Sequence record: MK327935.1
DNA length: 64,000 nucleotides
Strand: one strand, 5' to 3'
From: Escherichia phage vB_EcoM_G2494
A model generated the notes under the pieces. The model did no database searches and had not been told where the DNA came from. It saw only the letters and a list, made by a program, of their open reading frames with translations. A program made the translations under genes and the position numbers. Positions 18,704-26,931 of this stretch are shown here, piece by piece (within the stretch, counting starts at the first letter, position 1; each line of letters opens with the position of its first letter).

Positions 18704-19524
18704 TTAGTCACCTCACCGAAAATTGTAAATTGTCTACGATTCTCATCGCCGAAAGATTCTACTACGTCGTTTACCTTGACGCAAGTCCCGCGCGGTAAAA
18801 TTACTTCACATTCGCAAGGGTTCCATGCAATGGACCCAACAACAAAACCTTTATGATCTTTTACATCAATCACCCATGATACATTACAAGAATGTTGCAT
18901 CTTTCCGGTCATTGATTCATATCGATTCTCACAATAAAGGCTAGTGCTGTTTGAAAGCCATCCTCCAAAGATGATCGGTGTCATGCTAGTAGATACAAAG
19001 TTTTTAAAGGTAAATTCCTTATCTTCAATAATACGCTCTATTGTCTGAATGTCAAGATGTTGACCGCGATAAAGAGTACCGTTTAACTTTTCGGTTTTAT
19101 CCATGACACAATCCATCAAATCAACAATCTCTGATATCTCATCGGTCATGTCTTCTTCCCCTAAGAGAGCACCATTTACCCATTCGTATTGTTCAGACAC
19201 ATAATCACAGATTGCATTATATTCTGCTGGGGTTATGTTGTTATGTTTGTAATGTTTGAATACATTATCTCCAAAGTCTTCGGAGTGTACTTCATACATC
19301 ACATTAATGATTTTCTTTACAAATCCATAATCTTGTGTCTCGCGCTCAAGGAAGCGGATAACCTTCACATAATCATCAAAGTTAATCTGATCGCTGATCA
19401 TTTCAGTGATCATGTAACCATTAATACCATCAATGTCATATGTTTCGATGTAATTATCCATACGTTCCATCATTGATTCGCGTGATTCTTCCGAAAGACG
19501 AAAATCCTGTAATTTCTTGAACAT
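18700..19524 (-). CDS. ADP-ribosyltransferase-like protein (Alt/Mod family paralog, 274 aa)
   Basis: R (LYRGQ), STS (FVSTSMT) and ExE (CECEVILPRG) motifs in the order seen in the Alt C-terminal domain. Confidence 0.6.
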   Translation of the reverse strand: MFKKLQDFRLSEESRESMMERMDNYIETYDIDGINGYMITEMISDQINFDDYVKVIRFLERETQDYGFVKKIINVMYEVHSEDFGDNVFKHYKHNNITPAEYNAICDYVSEQYEWVNGALLGEEDMTDEISEIVDLMDCVMDKTEKLNGTLYRGQHLDIQTIERIIEDKEFTFKNFVSTSMTPIIFGGWLSNSTSLYCENRYESMTGKMQHSCNVSWVIDVKDHKGFVVGSIAWNPCECEVILPRGTCVKVNDVVESFGDENRRQFTIFGEVTK

Positions 19525-19556
19525 TTTAAACCTCCCATATAACAGAAAACGGGGCT

Positions 19557-19585
19557 AGTATAAAACTAGTCCCCGTTTGAGTCAA
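19557..19585 (-). promoter_or_regulatory. early promoter with stem-loop (TTGACT-17-TATACT)
   Basis: Minus strand GTTGACT ... TATACT; GGGGACTAGT/ACTAGCCCC inverted repeat spans the -10. Confidence 0.5.
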
Positions 19586-19602
19586 CCATTATTTCTTAAA
19601 AA

Positions 19603-21654
19603 TTACATTTTAAATTTATCTGGCATTGCGTCTACCGATACCAGATCAGCGATAAGCTGACGTAGAGTTGCCTTATCTGCTTTCTTACGTTCGGTTTTAG
19701 CTTCGGTAATAAATCTGGAGAAAGACAGGTCAGAAGCAGGTTTAACAACACCTTCACGGATGAATGCATCACCGTCCGCGATCATCTCACCAGATTCTTG
19801 TAATGCTGCCAGTTCATTTTTGTTCATAATATGTGCCTCAATGTAATAAGTTTCTTGTGAATCCGTCGATGCCGTAGCACGAGTTACCGTATCAAAGGAT
19901 AACACAACACCGCGAGGAAGTAAAATCTCGCATTCTTTGTAAGCAAATGCTTTGTTACCTACTGGCAACACAGGGATGTTTTCCGCGCCAGCAATGGAGA
20001 AAGCAACATTAGCGCCACCTTCACCGCGAGAGCCAGCCATAGAATCAACACCAGCAACGGCACTAGCCACGTTTGCATTCCAGCCGCCAAAAATGTTAGG
20101 TGCAAGGGAAGTGCTCACATAGTTTTTAAAGTAAAACGCTTTTTGCTTACGTGCAGTTTCCCACATTTGCGACCGGAAGTCCATACCACGATACAGAATA
20201 GTACCCGGATCAAGTTTAACGCCATAGTTGGAGAAGGCATTATCCAGTGCATCACACATCTTGACCAATTCTTCTGGATCTGCGATGCCTTCAAACTCTT
20301 CCAGCTTACGGTCGGTTAGGAAGTTGTTCATATTGATGTATGCTGCATCGGCATATTCGCTCAACACAAAACCTTCCGCGCCTGGCAGATCAAGATCAAT
20401 ATTTGCCATCATTTCACCCATGTTGCTAGCAATTGCTTCAAACATACCGGAAGCAACATTACGTAGGGCATCGGTTTTAATCTGGGTGATATGACTACGC
20501 AGCATTTCAGCTTTTACATCTGCTGGCATAGACTGGTCTACTCGATCCATTGCCAGGGCGGTGATCTTGTTTTCGAATACTTCCTCGCTCATGATTTCTT
20601 TTAAGCGTTTGATTGATGCTGCGATAACTTCCGCAGACAACGGATCATATTGATCCTGAACTTTTACCAGTTCGCTTACTGCGTATTTTGCATCGGCTTC
20701 GCTTTCAAAAATAGTACGCATGAAACCATAGCGAGTGATAATATCACTTGTCCATTCATTCAGAGAACGGGCGGTTGAACGTTCTAAGGCTTGACGATCA
20801 ATCAGAGTATTAAACTGTTTCTTAGGTTCGGCTTCGGTGATATCTTCTTCCGGTTTAAGATTAATTTTTTCTGGATGATTCACATAGTCGCTGTTATAGG
20901 TCGCTTGAGTTTTCAGCATTTCTTCTTTAGTCAAACGAGATTTAGCCGCTACGCGTTGTTCCGCTTCCGCGTTTCGTTCTTCTTCTGACACCAGACTAGC
21001 CGCATACGCCTCATCTTTAGTCAGAGATTCACCAGTAGCCTTAGATACCCAGCGATCACCTAAATCACTTTCTACTTTAGTGAACAAGGAATCATCAAGT
21101 TTAATCCCTTTAATCTTATCAATCGCCATACCGCGACGTTTGACAACAACTAAAGCGATCTTTTTGCTGGTCATTACTTCCTGCTGGAATACTTCAAACT
21201 TCGGTGTACGACGCACCAAACGCTCTATAACGCGCTTAACCAGTTCGGTCTTACCTTTCATGCGGGATACGTTAAAACGGAACATAACAGCGTCTAATTG
21301 CGCTTTACGGGCTGTTTCCATAACCACATCAAAAGCACTTGCCATAACTGCAATCGGGTTATCGCCTAGACCATTTTTAAGCTGTACAATACGACCGCTT
21401 TTGTTCATTTCGCACAGTACAACATGTGCGGTCTTGTCACCCATACGAATGATTTTAGGTGTTTTGTTGGTGAAGTTACAAAGACGGACAATCACATCTT
21501 TATCGCGTGTCTGTACTGCAAAAAGCTGTTTAGGATTCTGCTTAGGCTTTAAGCACTGTACCGGAGCAATACTGCCAAAGTTTTCTTCCTCTTCCGTCAA
21601 CAGCCATTTCTCGAAAGATTCAATCATTAGATCGTCGATTTCTAAGTTAAACAT
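19603..21654 (-). CDS. alt: Alt ADP-ribosyltransferase (packaged early-acting ART)
   Basis: 683 aa; C-terminal YRGMDFRS ... YVSTSLAP ... YKECEILLPRG R-S-ExE motifs; position between 54 and 30 as in T4. Confidence 0.8.
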   Translation of the reverse strand: MFNLEIDDLMIESFEKWLLTEEEENFGSIAPVQCLKPKQNPKQLFAVQTRDKDVIVRLCNFTNKTPKIIRMGDKTAHVVLCEMNKSGRIVQLKNGLGDNPIAVMASAFDVVMETARKAQLDAVMFRFNVSRMKGKTELVKRVIERLVRRTPKFEVFQQEVMTSKKIALVVVKRRGMAIDKIKGIKLDDSLFTKVESDLGDRWVSKATGESLTKDEAYAASLVSEEERNAEAEQRVAAKSRLTKEEMLKTQATYNSDYVNHPEKINLKPEEDITEAEPKKQFNTLIDRQALERSTARSLNEWTSDIITRYGFMRTIFESEADAKYAVSELVKVQDQYDPLSAEVIAASIKRLKEIMSEEVFENKITALAMDRVDQSMPADVKAEMLRSHITQIKTDALRNVASGMFEAIASNMGEMMANIDLDLPGAEGFVLSEYADAAYINMNNFLTDRKLEEFEGIADPEELVKMCDALDNAFSNYGVKLDPGTILYRGMDFRSQMWETARKQKAFYFKNYVSTSLAPNIFGGWNANVASAVAGVDSMAGSRGEGGANVAFSIAGAENIPVLPVGNKAFAYKECEILLPRGVVLSFDTVTRATASTDSQETYYIEAHIMNKNELAALQESGEMIADGDAFIREGVVKPASDLSFSRFITEAKTERKKADKATLRQLIADLVSVDAMPDKFKM

Positions 21655-21722
21655 TTTATATCCTCTAGTTGATAACCTATAAACCTATATTTATGAAAAC
21701 GGGGCTTAACGCCCCCTTTTTA

Positions 21723-21935
21723 TTATAATGCACCATCGAGCAATTGCTCTAAGGTGTATCCTGAATAGTCTTTTTCAATCAGGATATATTTTCCTACTCG
21801 TTTAATACAACCGCGCATTTCAACGTATTCTGCGTAGTTGATGGTACGAGTTGTTCCATCTTCCAGTAATGCAGTACCGATTTCGTTAATGCGGTCATAA
21901 GTTACGTCGGTAATGATGATTTCGATGTTAGCCAT
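21723..21935 (-). CDS. hypothetical protein (70 aa)
   Basis: ATG with AAGGAG SD downstream of promoter 21972-22000. Confidence 0.55.
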   Translation of the reverse strand: MANIEIIITDVTYDRINEIGTALLEDGTTRTINYAEYVEMRGCIKRVGKYILIEKDYSGYTLEQLLDGAL

Positions 21936-21971
21936 TTGATACTCCTTAGTAGTTCGTTTCTGTATGTGTGT

Positions 21972-22000
21972 ATTATGATATACACCCTCTGTTATGTCAA
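21972..22000 (-). promoter_or_regulatory. early sigma70-type promoter (TTGACA-17-CATAAT) with upstream A-tract
   Basis: Read on minus strand. Confidence 0.6.
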
Positions 22001-22006
22001 CAACTT

Positions 22007-22186
22007 TTAGAACATTTTTGAAATTAATTCTGCTTTGATTTCGCAGAGAACATCTAAAGATTTCTCGTCACCCGCTTTTGCTGCTTCTGCTTGCATTTTT
22101 GAAATGGCTTCAATCTCAGTGCAATTATAAGCCGCTTGAACTTTAGCGATTGCGAGGATTGCCGATTCGATGGTTAAGTGTTTTAT
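22007..22186 (-). CDS. hypothetical protein, ATA at expected start position (possible pseudogene or non-canonical start)
   Basis: 59-codon open frame placed exactly like neighbouring genes behind AGGAGAATCAAAC, but start codon is ATA. Confidence 0.3.
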   Translation of the reverse strand: MKHLTIESAILAIAKVQAAYNCTEIEAISKMQAEAAKAGDEKSLDVLCEIKAELISKMF

Positions 22187-22218
22187 GTTTGATTCTCCTT
22201 TCGTTTCGGTATGTGTGT

Positions 22219-22247
22219 ATTATAGGGGATCGATGATCCCCTGTCAA
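22219..22247 (-). promoter_or_regulatory. early promoter, consensus TTGACA-17-TATAAT with perfect palindromic spacer GGGGATCATCGATCCCC
   Basis: Read on minus strand; A-tract UP element upstream. Confidence 0.7.
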
Positions 22248-22255
22248 CAACTTTT

Positions 22256-22774
22256 TTAGTTATTTTTTAATTGCTCATCTTGCAATAGGGCAATCACATG
22301 CTGGCGATGTTCTTCCGATTGAGGCACACCGAAAAAGTTTGTTTTGTAGAAATACTCTAATCGGTCTTCTCGTGTGCTCTCTTCCATCATGATCGCGGGT
22401 AGTCCGAGATTTCGGAAACGTCGCTTTTCTGCTGGCGTAAAATCACTGTAATACATCATAGAATCATCATTACCAGCAATGCTAAACTCATCCTTCATGA
22501 AGGAGAATATTGCGTTTAAACGCTGTTTACCGTCCACGATTTCGATCTCATAGCGAGAGCCATCATCAATCTTAGCCATTGCGATAGCACCAACCGGAAA
22601 ATCATTAATCAGGTTTTCGATAAACATACGTTTGTTTTCGGTGTCCCATACTAAAGGACGCTGATAATCTGGGTTCATGTTGATATAGCCATCTTCTAAC
22701 CATGCATCATAAACAGAGATGACAAAGTTTTTAGTATTGGTATAGTAACGGCGTTTAGGCGTTAAACGGTTCAT
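22256..22774 (-). CDS. DUF262 / ParB-like domain protein (172 aa)
   Basis: DYQRPLVW and DGKQR motifs; ATG at 22774 with AGGAG SD, 1 nt after upstream stop (ORF-track start 22810 overlaps the upstream gene). Confidence 0.6.
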   Translation of the reverse strand: MNRLTPKRRYYTNTKNFVISVYDAWLEDGYINMNPDYQRPLVWDTENKRMFIENLINDFPVGAIAMAKIDDGSRYEIEIVDGKQRLNAIFSFMKDEFSIAGNDDSMMYYSDFTPAEKRRFRNLGLPAIMMEESTREDRLEYFYKTNFFGVPQSEEHRQHVIALLQDEQLKNN

Positions 22775-22775
22775 G

Positions 22776-23105
22776 TTATAGTCTCCTGAATGGATCATCA
22801 CGTAAATCAATATCTTTTAAGAACTCATCCCATGAATGGCGGATATTGTTCTTAATTCTCCAGATAAGAGCAGGGATTGAACGCTCTCCCATCTGGAAGT
22901 ATGGATCATATGATCCGTATGCCCAATATGCTACTACAATTCCACAATCAGCGCAATAGTATTCTATTTCACTTGCTGGCGACAAAAGTCCATCAATATG
23001 ATCGGTGATCTTGCTTTCGATGTTATGGCTATGACAATCAGGGCAACGGATGCAATGACCTTGTTTATCGTAATTTGATGTTAGTGAATACTTAAACAAT
23101 CTCAT
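22776..23105 (-). CDS. Cys-rich zinc-ribbon protein (109 aa)
   Basis: CIRCPDCHSH ... CADCG cysteine pairs. Confidence 0.55.
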   Translation of the reverse strand: MRLFKYSLTSNYDKQGHCIRCPDCHSHNIESKITDHIDGLLSPASEIEYYCADCGIVVAYWAYGSYDPYFQMGERSIPALIWRIKNNIRHSWDEFLKDIDLRDDPFRRL

Positions 23106-23821
23106 TATAGATCCTTATTTGCTTCAAATACTGCCTTTGCGAATCCTCGCGGGGTAAGTGACCTTATAGTCTTTGTTTTCGTTCCTTTCCCGCCTAGCTT
23201 AGAATGCTGTTTACTGTACCCTTTATTAATCTGCAACGGTTTCTTTTCTGGCATTATAAAGCCTTGTCCGGTCCATAAGCAAGTCTTTTTTGGGTACATA
23301 TCACGGGCGGCAATATACTCAGGAAACGTAGGATGCTTATCATCTTCCGGCAAATAACCGCCATATTCCCACGGATGGAACATATAATCAGGCTTACGCC
23401 ACATGCTAGAGATAACGCTTACAGGATTCTCTATCATGTAGGGAACTCCTAGCCATTCACCCAAATAAGCGGTTATTTTGGCTGCCCTTACATCATGAAC
23501 TTGAATCAATGGTCCTTGTTCTCGTTTCTTTCGTTCAAAGTGCGCAGCGCCACTAACAGCTAAATTGGTGCATGGTGGGAATGCAAAGATAATATCCGGT
23601 TTCCCCCATTCAAGGTCCATTGCTCTTTCTAGCCAGTTAAAATCAATCCATGTGTTTACATAGGTAATGTTTGGATGTTCAAATCTGGTATTATACTTTT
23701 TGTATGTTCCGTGGTCGCCATCGTCAGCATTAAAGCAGATCACCTTATGACCTGCTTTAGCCCATTCTAACCCCATTATCCCCGATCCGTCAAAGTTACA
23801 GAATATTAATTTTTGTTTCAT
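23105..23821 (-). CDS. compact cytosine-C5 methyltransferase-like protein (238 aa)
   Basis: FxGxG (res 10-14), acidic FNADD (res 30-34), PPC (res 82-84) and ENP (res 131-133) with spacing like C5-MTase motifs I, II, IV, VI; no obvious target-recognition domain. Confidence 0.5.
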   Translation of the reverse strand: MKQKLIFCNFDGSGIMGLEWAKAGHKVICFNADDGDHGTYKKYNTRFEHPNITYVNTWIDFNWLERAMDLEWGKPDIIFAFPPCTNLAVSGAAHFERKKREQGPLIQVHDVRAAKITAYLGEWLGVPYMIENPVSVISSMWRKPDYMFHPWEYGGYLPEDDKHPTFPEYIAARDMYPKKTCLWTGQGFIMPEKKPLQINKGYSKQHSKLGGKGTKTKTIRSLTPRGFAKAVFEANKDL

Positions 23822-24063
23822 ATACGCCCCTTTAATCCAACACAGATTTTAGAAGGTTCTTTGCCGTGCCACATTAAGTAAAGTCCGTTAATGCGGCCTT
23901 GTTTTGTATATGATTCTTTTCTGATCTTCTTATAGTGTCGTGCTTCCTCAGCCGATTGTTTAGAATACCAATCATAAAGGAAGAGGCACAAAGGCCACCC
24001 ATTAGCGGCCTTAATGCAGTTATTAAGAAATTCCTTATTGCGTTTAATTAATTTTCTTTTCAC
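23818..24063 (-). CDS. hypothetical basic protein (81 aa, GTG start)
   Basis: GTG start overlapping upstream stop; part of coupled operon. Confidence 0.4.
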   Translation of the reverse strand: MKRKLIKRNKEFLNNCIKAANGWPLCLFLYDWYSKQSAEEARHYKKIRKESYTKQGRINGLYLMWHGKEPSKICVGLKGRI

Positions 24064-24311
24064 GCTGCCCCCATTGGTTTGATAGTAACAGAATCTAAAA
24101 GACCTTTGTTAGCCAGTTCGCGGCAAGTTTTCAGATCCGCAACTTCCCAGCCAGCCGCAATCAGGTTATCAATGAGGCTGTTAGCAACTTCTTCGCTCAT
24201 GAAAGAGCACTGTTTGCCGATGGTGTAGCGTACACGCTGTAATTTCAGTTTACGGAAGCCTTTAACGTTCAGGTCTTTAGCGATTTTCTTTGCGGTTTCG
24301 ATGTTAGCCAT
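24060..24311 (-). CDS. hypothetical protein (83 aa)
   Basis: First gene behind promoter 24352-24380; AGGAG SD. Confidence 0.55.
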   Translation of the reverse strand: MANIETAKKIAKDLNVKGFRKLKLQRVRYTIGKQCSFMSEEVANSLIDNLIAAGWEVADLKTCRELANKGLLDSVTIKPMGAA

Positions 24312-24351
24312 TGTTTGATTCTCCTAAGTGGTATCTCGTCTTGATGGTTGT

Positions 24352-24380
24352 ATTGTAGGGGAGTTATCCTCCCCTGTCAA
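24352..24380 (-). promoter_or_regulatory. early promoter TTGACA-17-TACAAT with palindromic spacer GGGGAGTTATCCTCCCC
   Basis: Read on minus strand. Confidence 0.6.
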
Positions 24381-24394
24381 CACTTTTTATAAAA

Positions 24395-24562
24395 TTATTT
24401 GTTAATTTCCGGTGCGTTGCTTGGATAGTAACCTTCTTTAACACCCAGGTATTTCGCAACCATCCCTACAATCTTCTGTGCTACTACAATGTCAAATTTC
24501 AGATAATCTTCGCCGTGGGTTTCAATGATATATGCTTCACATGCTGCTTTAGTCTCGAACAT
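24395..24562 (-). CDS. small protein (55 aa), duplicate copy A
   Basis: MFETKAACEAY ...; about 89 percent identical to product of 28188-28355. Confidence 0.55.
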   Translation of the reverse strand: MFETKAACEAYIIETHGEDYLKFDIVVAQKIVGMVAKYLGVKEGYYPSNAPEINK

Positions 24563-24595
24563 TTTGATTCTCCTATTTCGTTTCGTTATGTGTGT

Positions 24596-24625
24596 ATTAT
24601 AGGGGATCTCCCGATCCCCGTCAAC
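24596..24625 (-). promoter_or_regulatory. early promoter (TTGACG-18-TATAAT) with palindromic spacer GGGGATCGGGAGATCCCC
   Basis: Read on minus strand. Confidence 0.55.
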
Positions 24626-24637
24626 AACTTTTTAAAA

Positions 24638-25111
24638 TTATTTGCACCAAATTCGAATGATTTCGTCTCGTTCAAATTTTTGCCAGATTACTCGGTCGCC
24701 CGCTGCCATAATCCTGACAAATCCAGTTATATTTCCGGTGTACTTGCTTTTAGTTTCTGCATCATATTCAAAGAATGGAGCTTTAAGATCGCTAAACTCA
24801 TCTTTTCCCACAAACTTCATAACATGACGGTGTGCGTAATATTCGCTTCTTAGTGTTGTTGTGATAGTTCCGTCATCATTTGATTTCAGATGCAATTCGG
24901 CATCTTCATAAAGACTTGCATCTCGTTGTTTACTTTCGATACCATCATTATATGTTGATTTGGTTGCACTCCAACATTGATATGTCTTATCTACATTTTC
25001 GATCTTTTCCTGTGTCATGTCAAAAAGCGGCGCAACCTTTTTCTTAGCCGCGTGCGCAACGTTGGTCATAGACAGTGCCGCAACAACCGCAATAGCAATA
25101 ATTTTCTTCAT
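24638..25111 (-). CDS. secreted/periplasmic protein with signal peptide (157 aa)
   Basis: MKKIIAIAVVAALSMTNVAHA signal peptide; AAAGGAG SD. Confidence 0.6.
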   Translation of the reverse strand: MKKIIAIAVVAALSMTNVAHAAKKKVAPLFDMTQEKIENVDKTYQCWSATKSTYNDGIESKQRDASLYEDAELHLKSNDDGTITTTLRSEYYAHRHVMKFVGKDEFSDLKAPFFEYDAETKSKYTGNITGFVRIMAAGDRVIWQKFERDEIIRIWCK

Positions 25112-25172
25112 AATATCATCTCCTTTGGTTTATATGGCGGGAGTATCTTAGCAATACTCCCTTAATACTATA

Positions 25173-25454
25173 TTATTCGTGATTAGTTTCGATGTTGTGC
25201 ATTTTGCACCAGTTCAGCCAATCGCCCAGATCTTGATAGTTGATGCTTTTATCTGCTGCCATCGTTTTTGTCTTGATACCCATATGTGCGTTATGAGTAA
25301 GCATTTTTACAGTGAACTCAATTTTATCACCTTTAGCTTTAACATCAACCAGTTTGGTCCACTGGCTACCAGCGCCGCGAATGTTCATACCAACGATGTT
25401 TCCGATGTATGCTTCTTTGTTTTTCAGGATTTCGGTTGCTTTGATGAATTTCAT
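25173..25454 (-). CDS. hypothetical protein (93 aa)
   Basis: ATG with GGAGAATCAAAA spacing typical of this region. Confidence 0.55.
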   Translation of the reverse strand: MKFIKATEILKNKEAYIGNIVGMNIRGAGSQWTKLVDVKAKGDKIEFTVKMLTHNAHMGIKTKTMAADKSINYQDLGDWLNWCKMHNIETNHE

Positions 25455-25487
25455 TTTTGATTCTCCAGTTCGTTTCGGTATGGGTGT

Positions 25488-25516
25488 ATTATGCTATGTT
25501 CTTACTTTGGTGTCAA
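25488..25516 (-). promoter_or_regulatory. early promoter TTGACA-17-CATAAT
   Basis: Read on minus strand. Confidence 0.55.
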
Positions 25517-25524
25517 CAACTTTT

Positions 25525-25794
25525 TTAGATATTTTCAGAAATAAATTTTAAAACTTGACGTAAATGTTTCTCGTCTTTGATAGTCGCCGGAAGTTCTTCT
25601 TTTACTTCCTGTGCAAGATAGATATTTCCGTTCCAAGTGAAAGATCCGTCTTCGTTTACGCGATAGCTGAACATCCACTCGCAATCATTTTCGATTTCAT
25701 ATACACACAGAAGGGTGTAATCTTCAAAGCTATTGATTTCAAGGTCGAAGCCGTGACGTTTTGCAAAGTTGGTAGTGGTTTTAGTCAGTGCCAT
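25525..25794 (-). CDS. hypothetical protein (89 aa)
   Basis: ATG start behind promoter 25835-25863. Confidence 0.55.
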   Translation of the reverse strand: MALTKTTTNFAKRHGFDLEINSFEDYTLLCVYEIENDCEWMFSYRVNEDGSFTWNGNIYLAQEVKEELPATIKDEKHLRQVLKFISENI

Positions 25795-25834
25795 TGTTTG
25801 ATTCTCCTAAGTGGTATCTCGTTTCGATGTGTGT

Positions 25835-25863
25835 ATTATGCTATAGGCGTGATCTGGTGTCAA
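25835..25863 (-). promoter_or_regulatory. early promoter TTGACA-17-CATAAT
   Basis: Read on minus strand. Confidence 0.55.
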
Positions 25864-25920
25864 TGCCTTTTTTAAAATTTTATGCAATAAAAAAGCCGAC
25901 ACTAAGGTCGGCTAATAAAA

Positions 25921-26229
25921 TCATTTAGACAAATAATCATTCTGTGCAATCCGGTCGGCGTATGCTGGTGTTATGTCAATCGCCAGCACTTTAACGCGTG
26001 CTTTCTTGCGACCTGGGTTTTCTCGTAACCAGTGCTCATGACCGTGAACATTTTTATACTGCGATGCTTCTTCGAAGGTACGGATCGGACCTGGGTAATC
26101 AGCGTAAAGGATCTCTAGATCTTCGGTGATGTAAAAATATACATCGTAATTGCTGTTCTCTAGCTTAAGCAGAGACTTTCGGAACATTGGGAGATTTTCG
26201 CGGGTAAATTCAAAGATATTATCTTTCAT
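25921..26229 (-). CDS. HxHxW-motif paralog family member A (102 aa)
   Basis: YFYITEDLEILY ... HGHEHW ... VLAIDI shared with six neighbours. Confidence 0.55.
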   Translation of the reverse strand: MKDNIFEFTRENLPMFRKSLLKLENSNYDVYFYITEDLEILYADYPGPIRTFEEASQYKNVHGHEHWLRENPGRKKARVKVLAIDITPAYADRIAQNDYLSK

Positions 26230-26279
26230 AGTATTATCCTCAATAGTTGGATGAAAAGGGGGGCTTAACGCCCCGTATA

Positions 26280-26567
26280 TTAAAACAGTCCTTCCTGTAC
26301 ACCGTAGTAGAGTTCATCGCTGATAATTTCATTAATGCGACGGTGTGCATATTCCTGATTTGCGAAGTTGTCAGCAAGTTCTACTTTAGTTTCGCCGTCA
26401 TGAGTCCATTTAGTGATAACTTTACCATCTGCAAATTTGAAGTTGAACTCTTTAGCTACCGCATCGCGTACCAGACGTGCAAACTTATTGTTGCGGATTG
26501 CATTGTCGGTTTCGTGTTCAGCGTGAGCGAATTTGTTAACTTTCAGAGTGATAGTAATGTATGCCAT
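26280..26567 (-). CDS. hypothetical protein, KEFN-motif paralog 1 (95 aa)
   Basis: RLVRDAVAKEFNFK; paralog of 29845-30156. Confidence 0.5.
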   Translation of the reverse strand: MAYITITLKVNKFAHAEHETDNAIRNNKFARLVRDAVAKEFNFKFADGKVITKWTHDGETKVELADNFANQEYAHRRINEIISDELYYGVQEGLF

Positions 26568-26613
26568 AATTTGATTCTCCTAGTTAGAAAGTGTATCTCG
26601 TTTCGATGGGTGT

Positions 26614-26642
26614 ATTATGCTATACACCCGATCTTATGTCAA
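26614..26642 (-). promoter_or_regulatory. early promoter TTGACA-17-CATAAT
   Basis: Read on minus strand. Confidence 0.55.
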
Positions 26643-26648
26643 CACTTT

Positions 26649-26927
26649 TTATAAAATAATTTTTTGATATTTTTCTATGATGTTTGTGTAGGTCACATCA
26701 ACCGCGAGCACCGTTGCTTCGAATCCACCGTTTAGCCAATGGCTATGATCGTGATCGTTAAAGAAACCGAGGCCAGTGCGAAGACCTTCTTTATATTCGG
26801 CGCGTACATTCAGTTTGTCGTCGATAAACAGATAAAACCATGAATTTTTACTAGGATTGATGATACAACCTTTCAGATTAGGGAGAATATCACGACTAAG
26901 AATAAACTTATCACCTACTTTGAACAT
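26649..26927 (-). CDS. HxHxW-motif paralog family member B
   Basis: HDHSHW ... VLAVDV; ATG at 26927 with GAGGA SD (ORF-track start 26942 is GTG). Confidence 0.5.
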   Translation of the reverse strand: MFKVGDKFILSRDILPNLKGCIINPSKNSWFYLFIDDKLNVRAEYKEGLRTGLGFFNDHDHSHWLNGGFEATVLAVDVTYTNIIEKYQKIIL

Positions 26928-26931
26928 AATA

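Noticed and set aside
20228-21682. Plus-strand ORFs (20228-20494, 20791-20988, 21080-21682) opposite alt
   Set aside because: Antisense to a well-supported 683-aa gene; Ser/Leu/Arg-rich composition typical of shadow frames.
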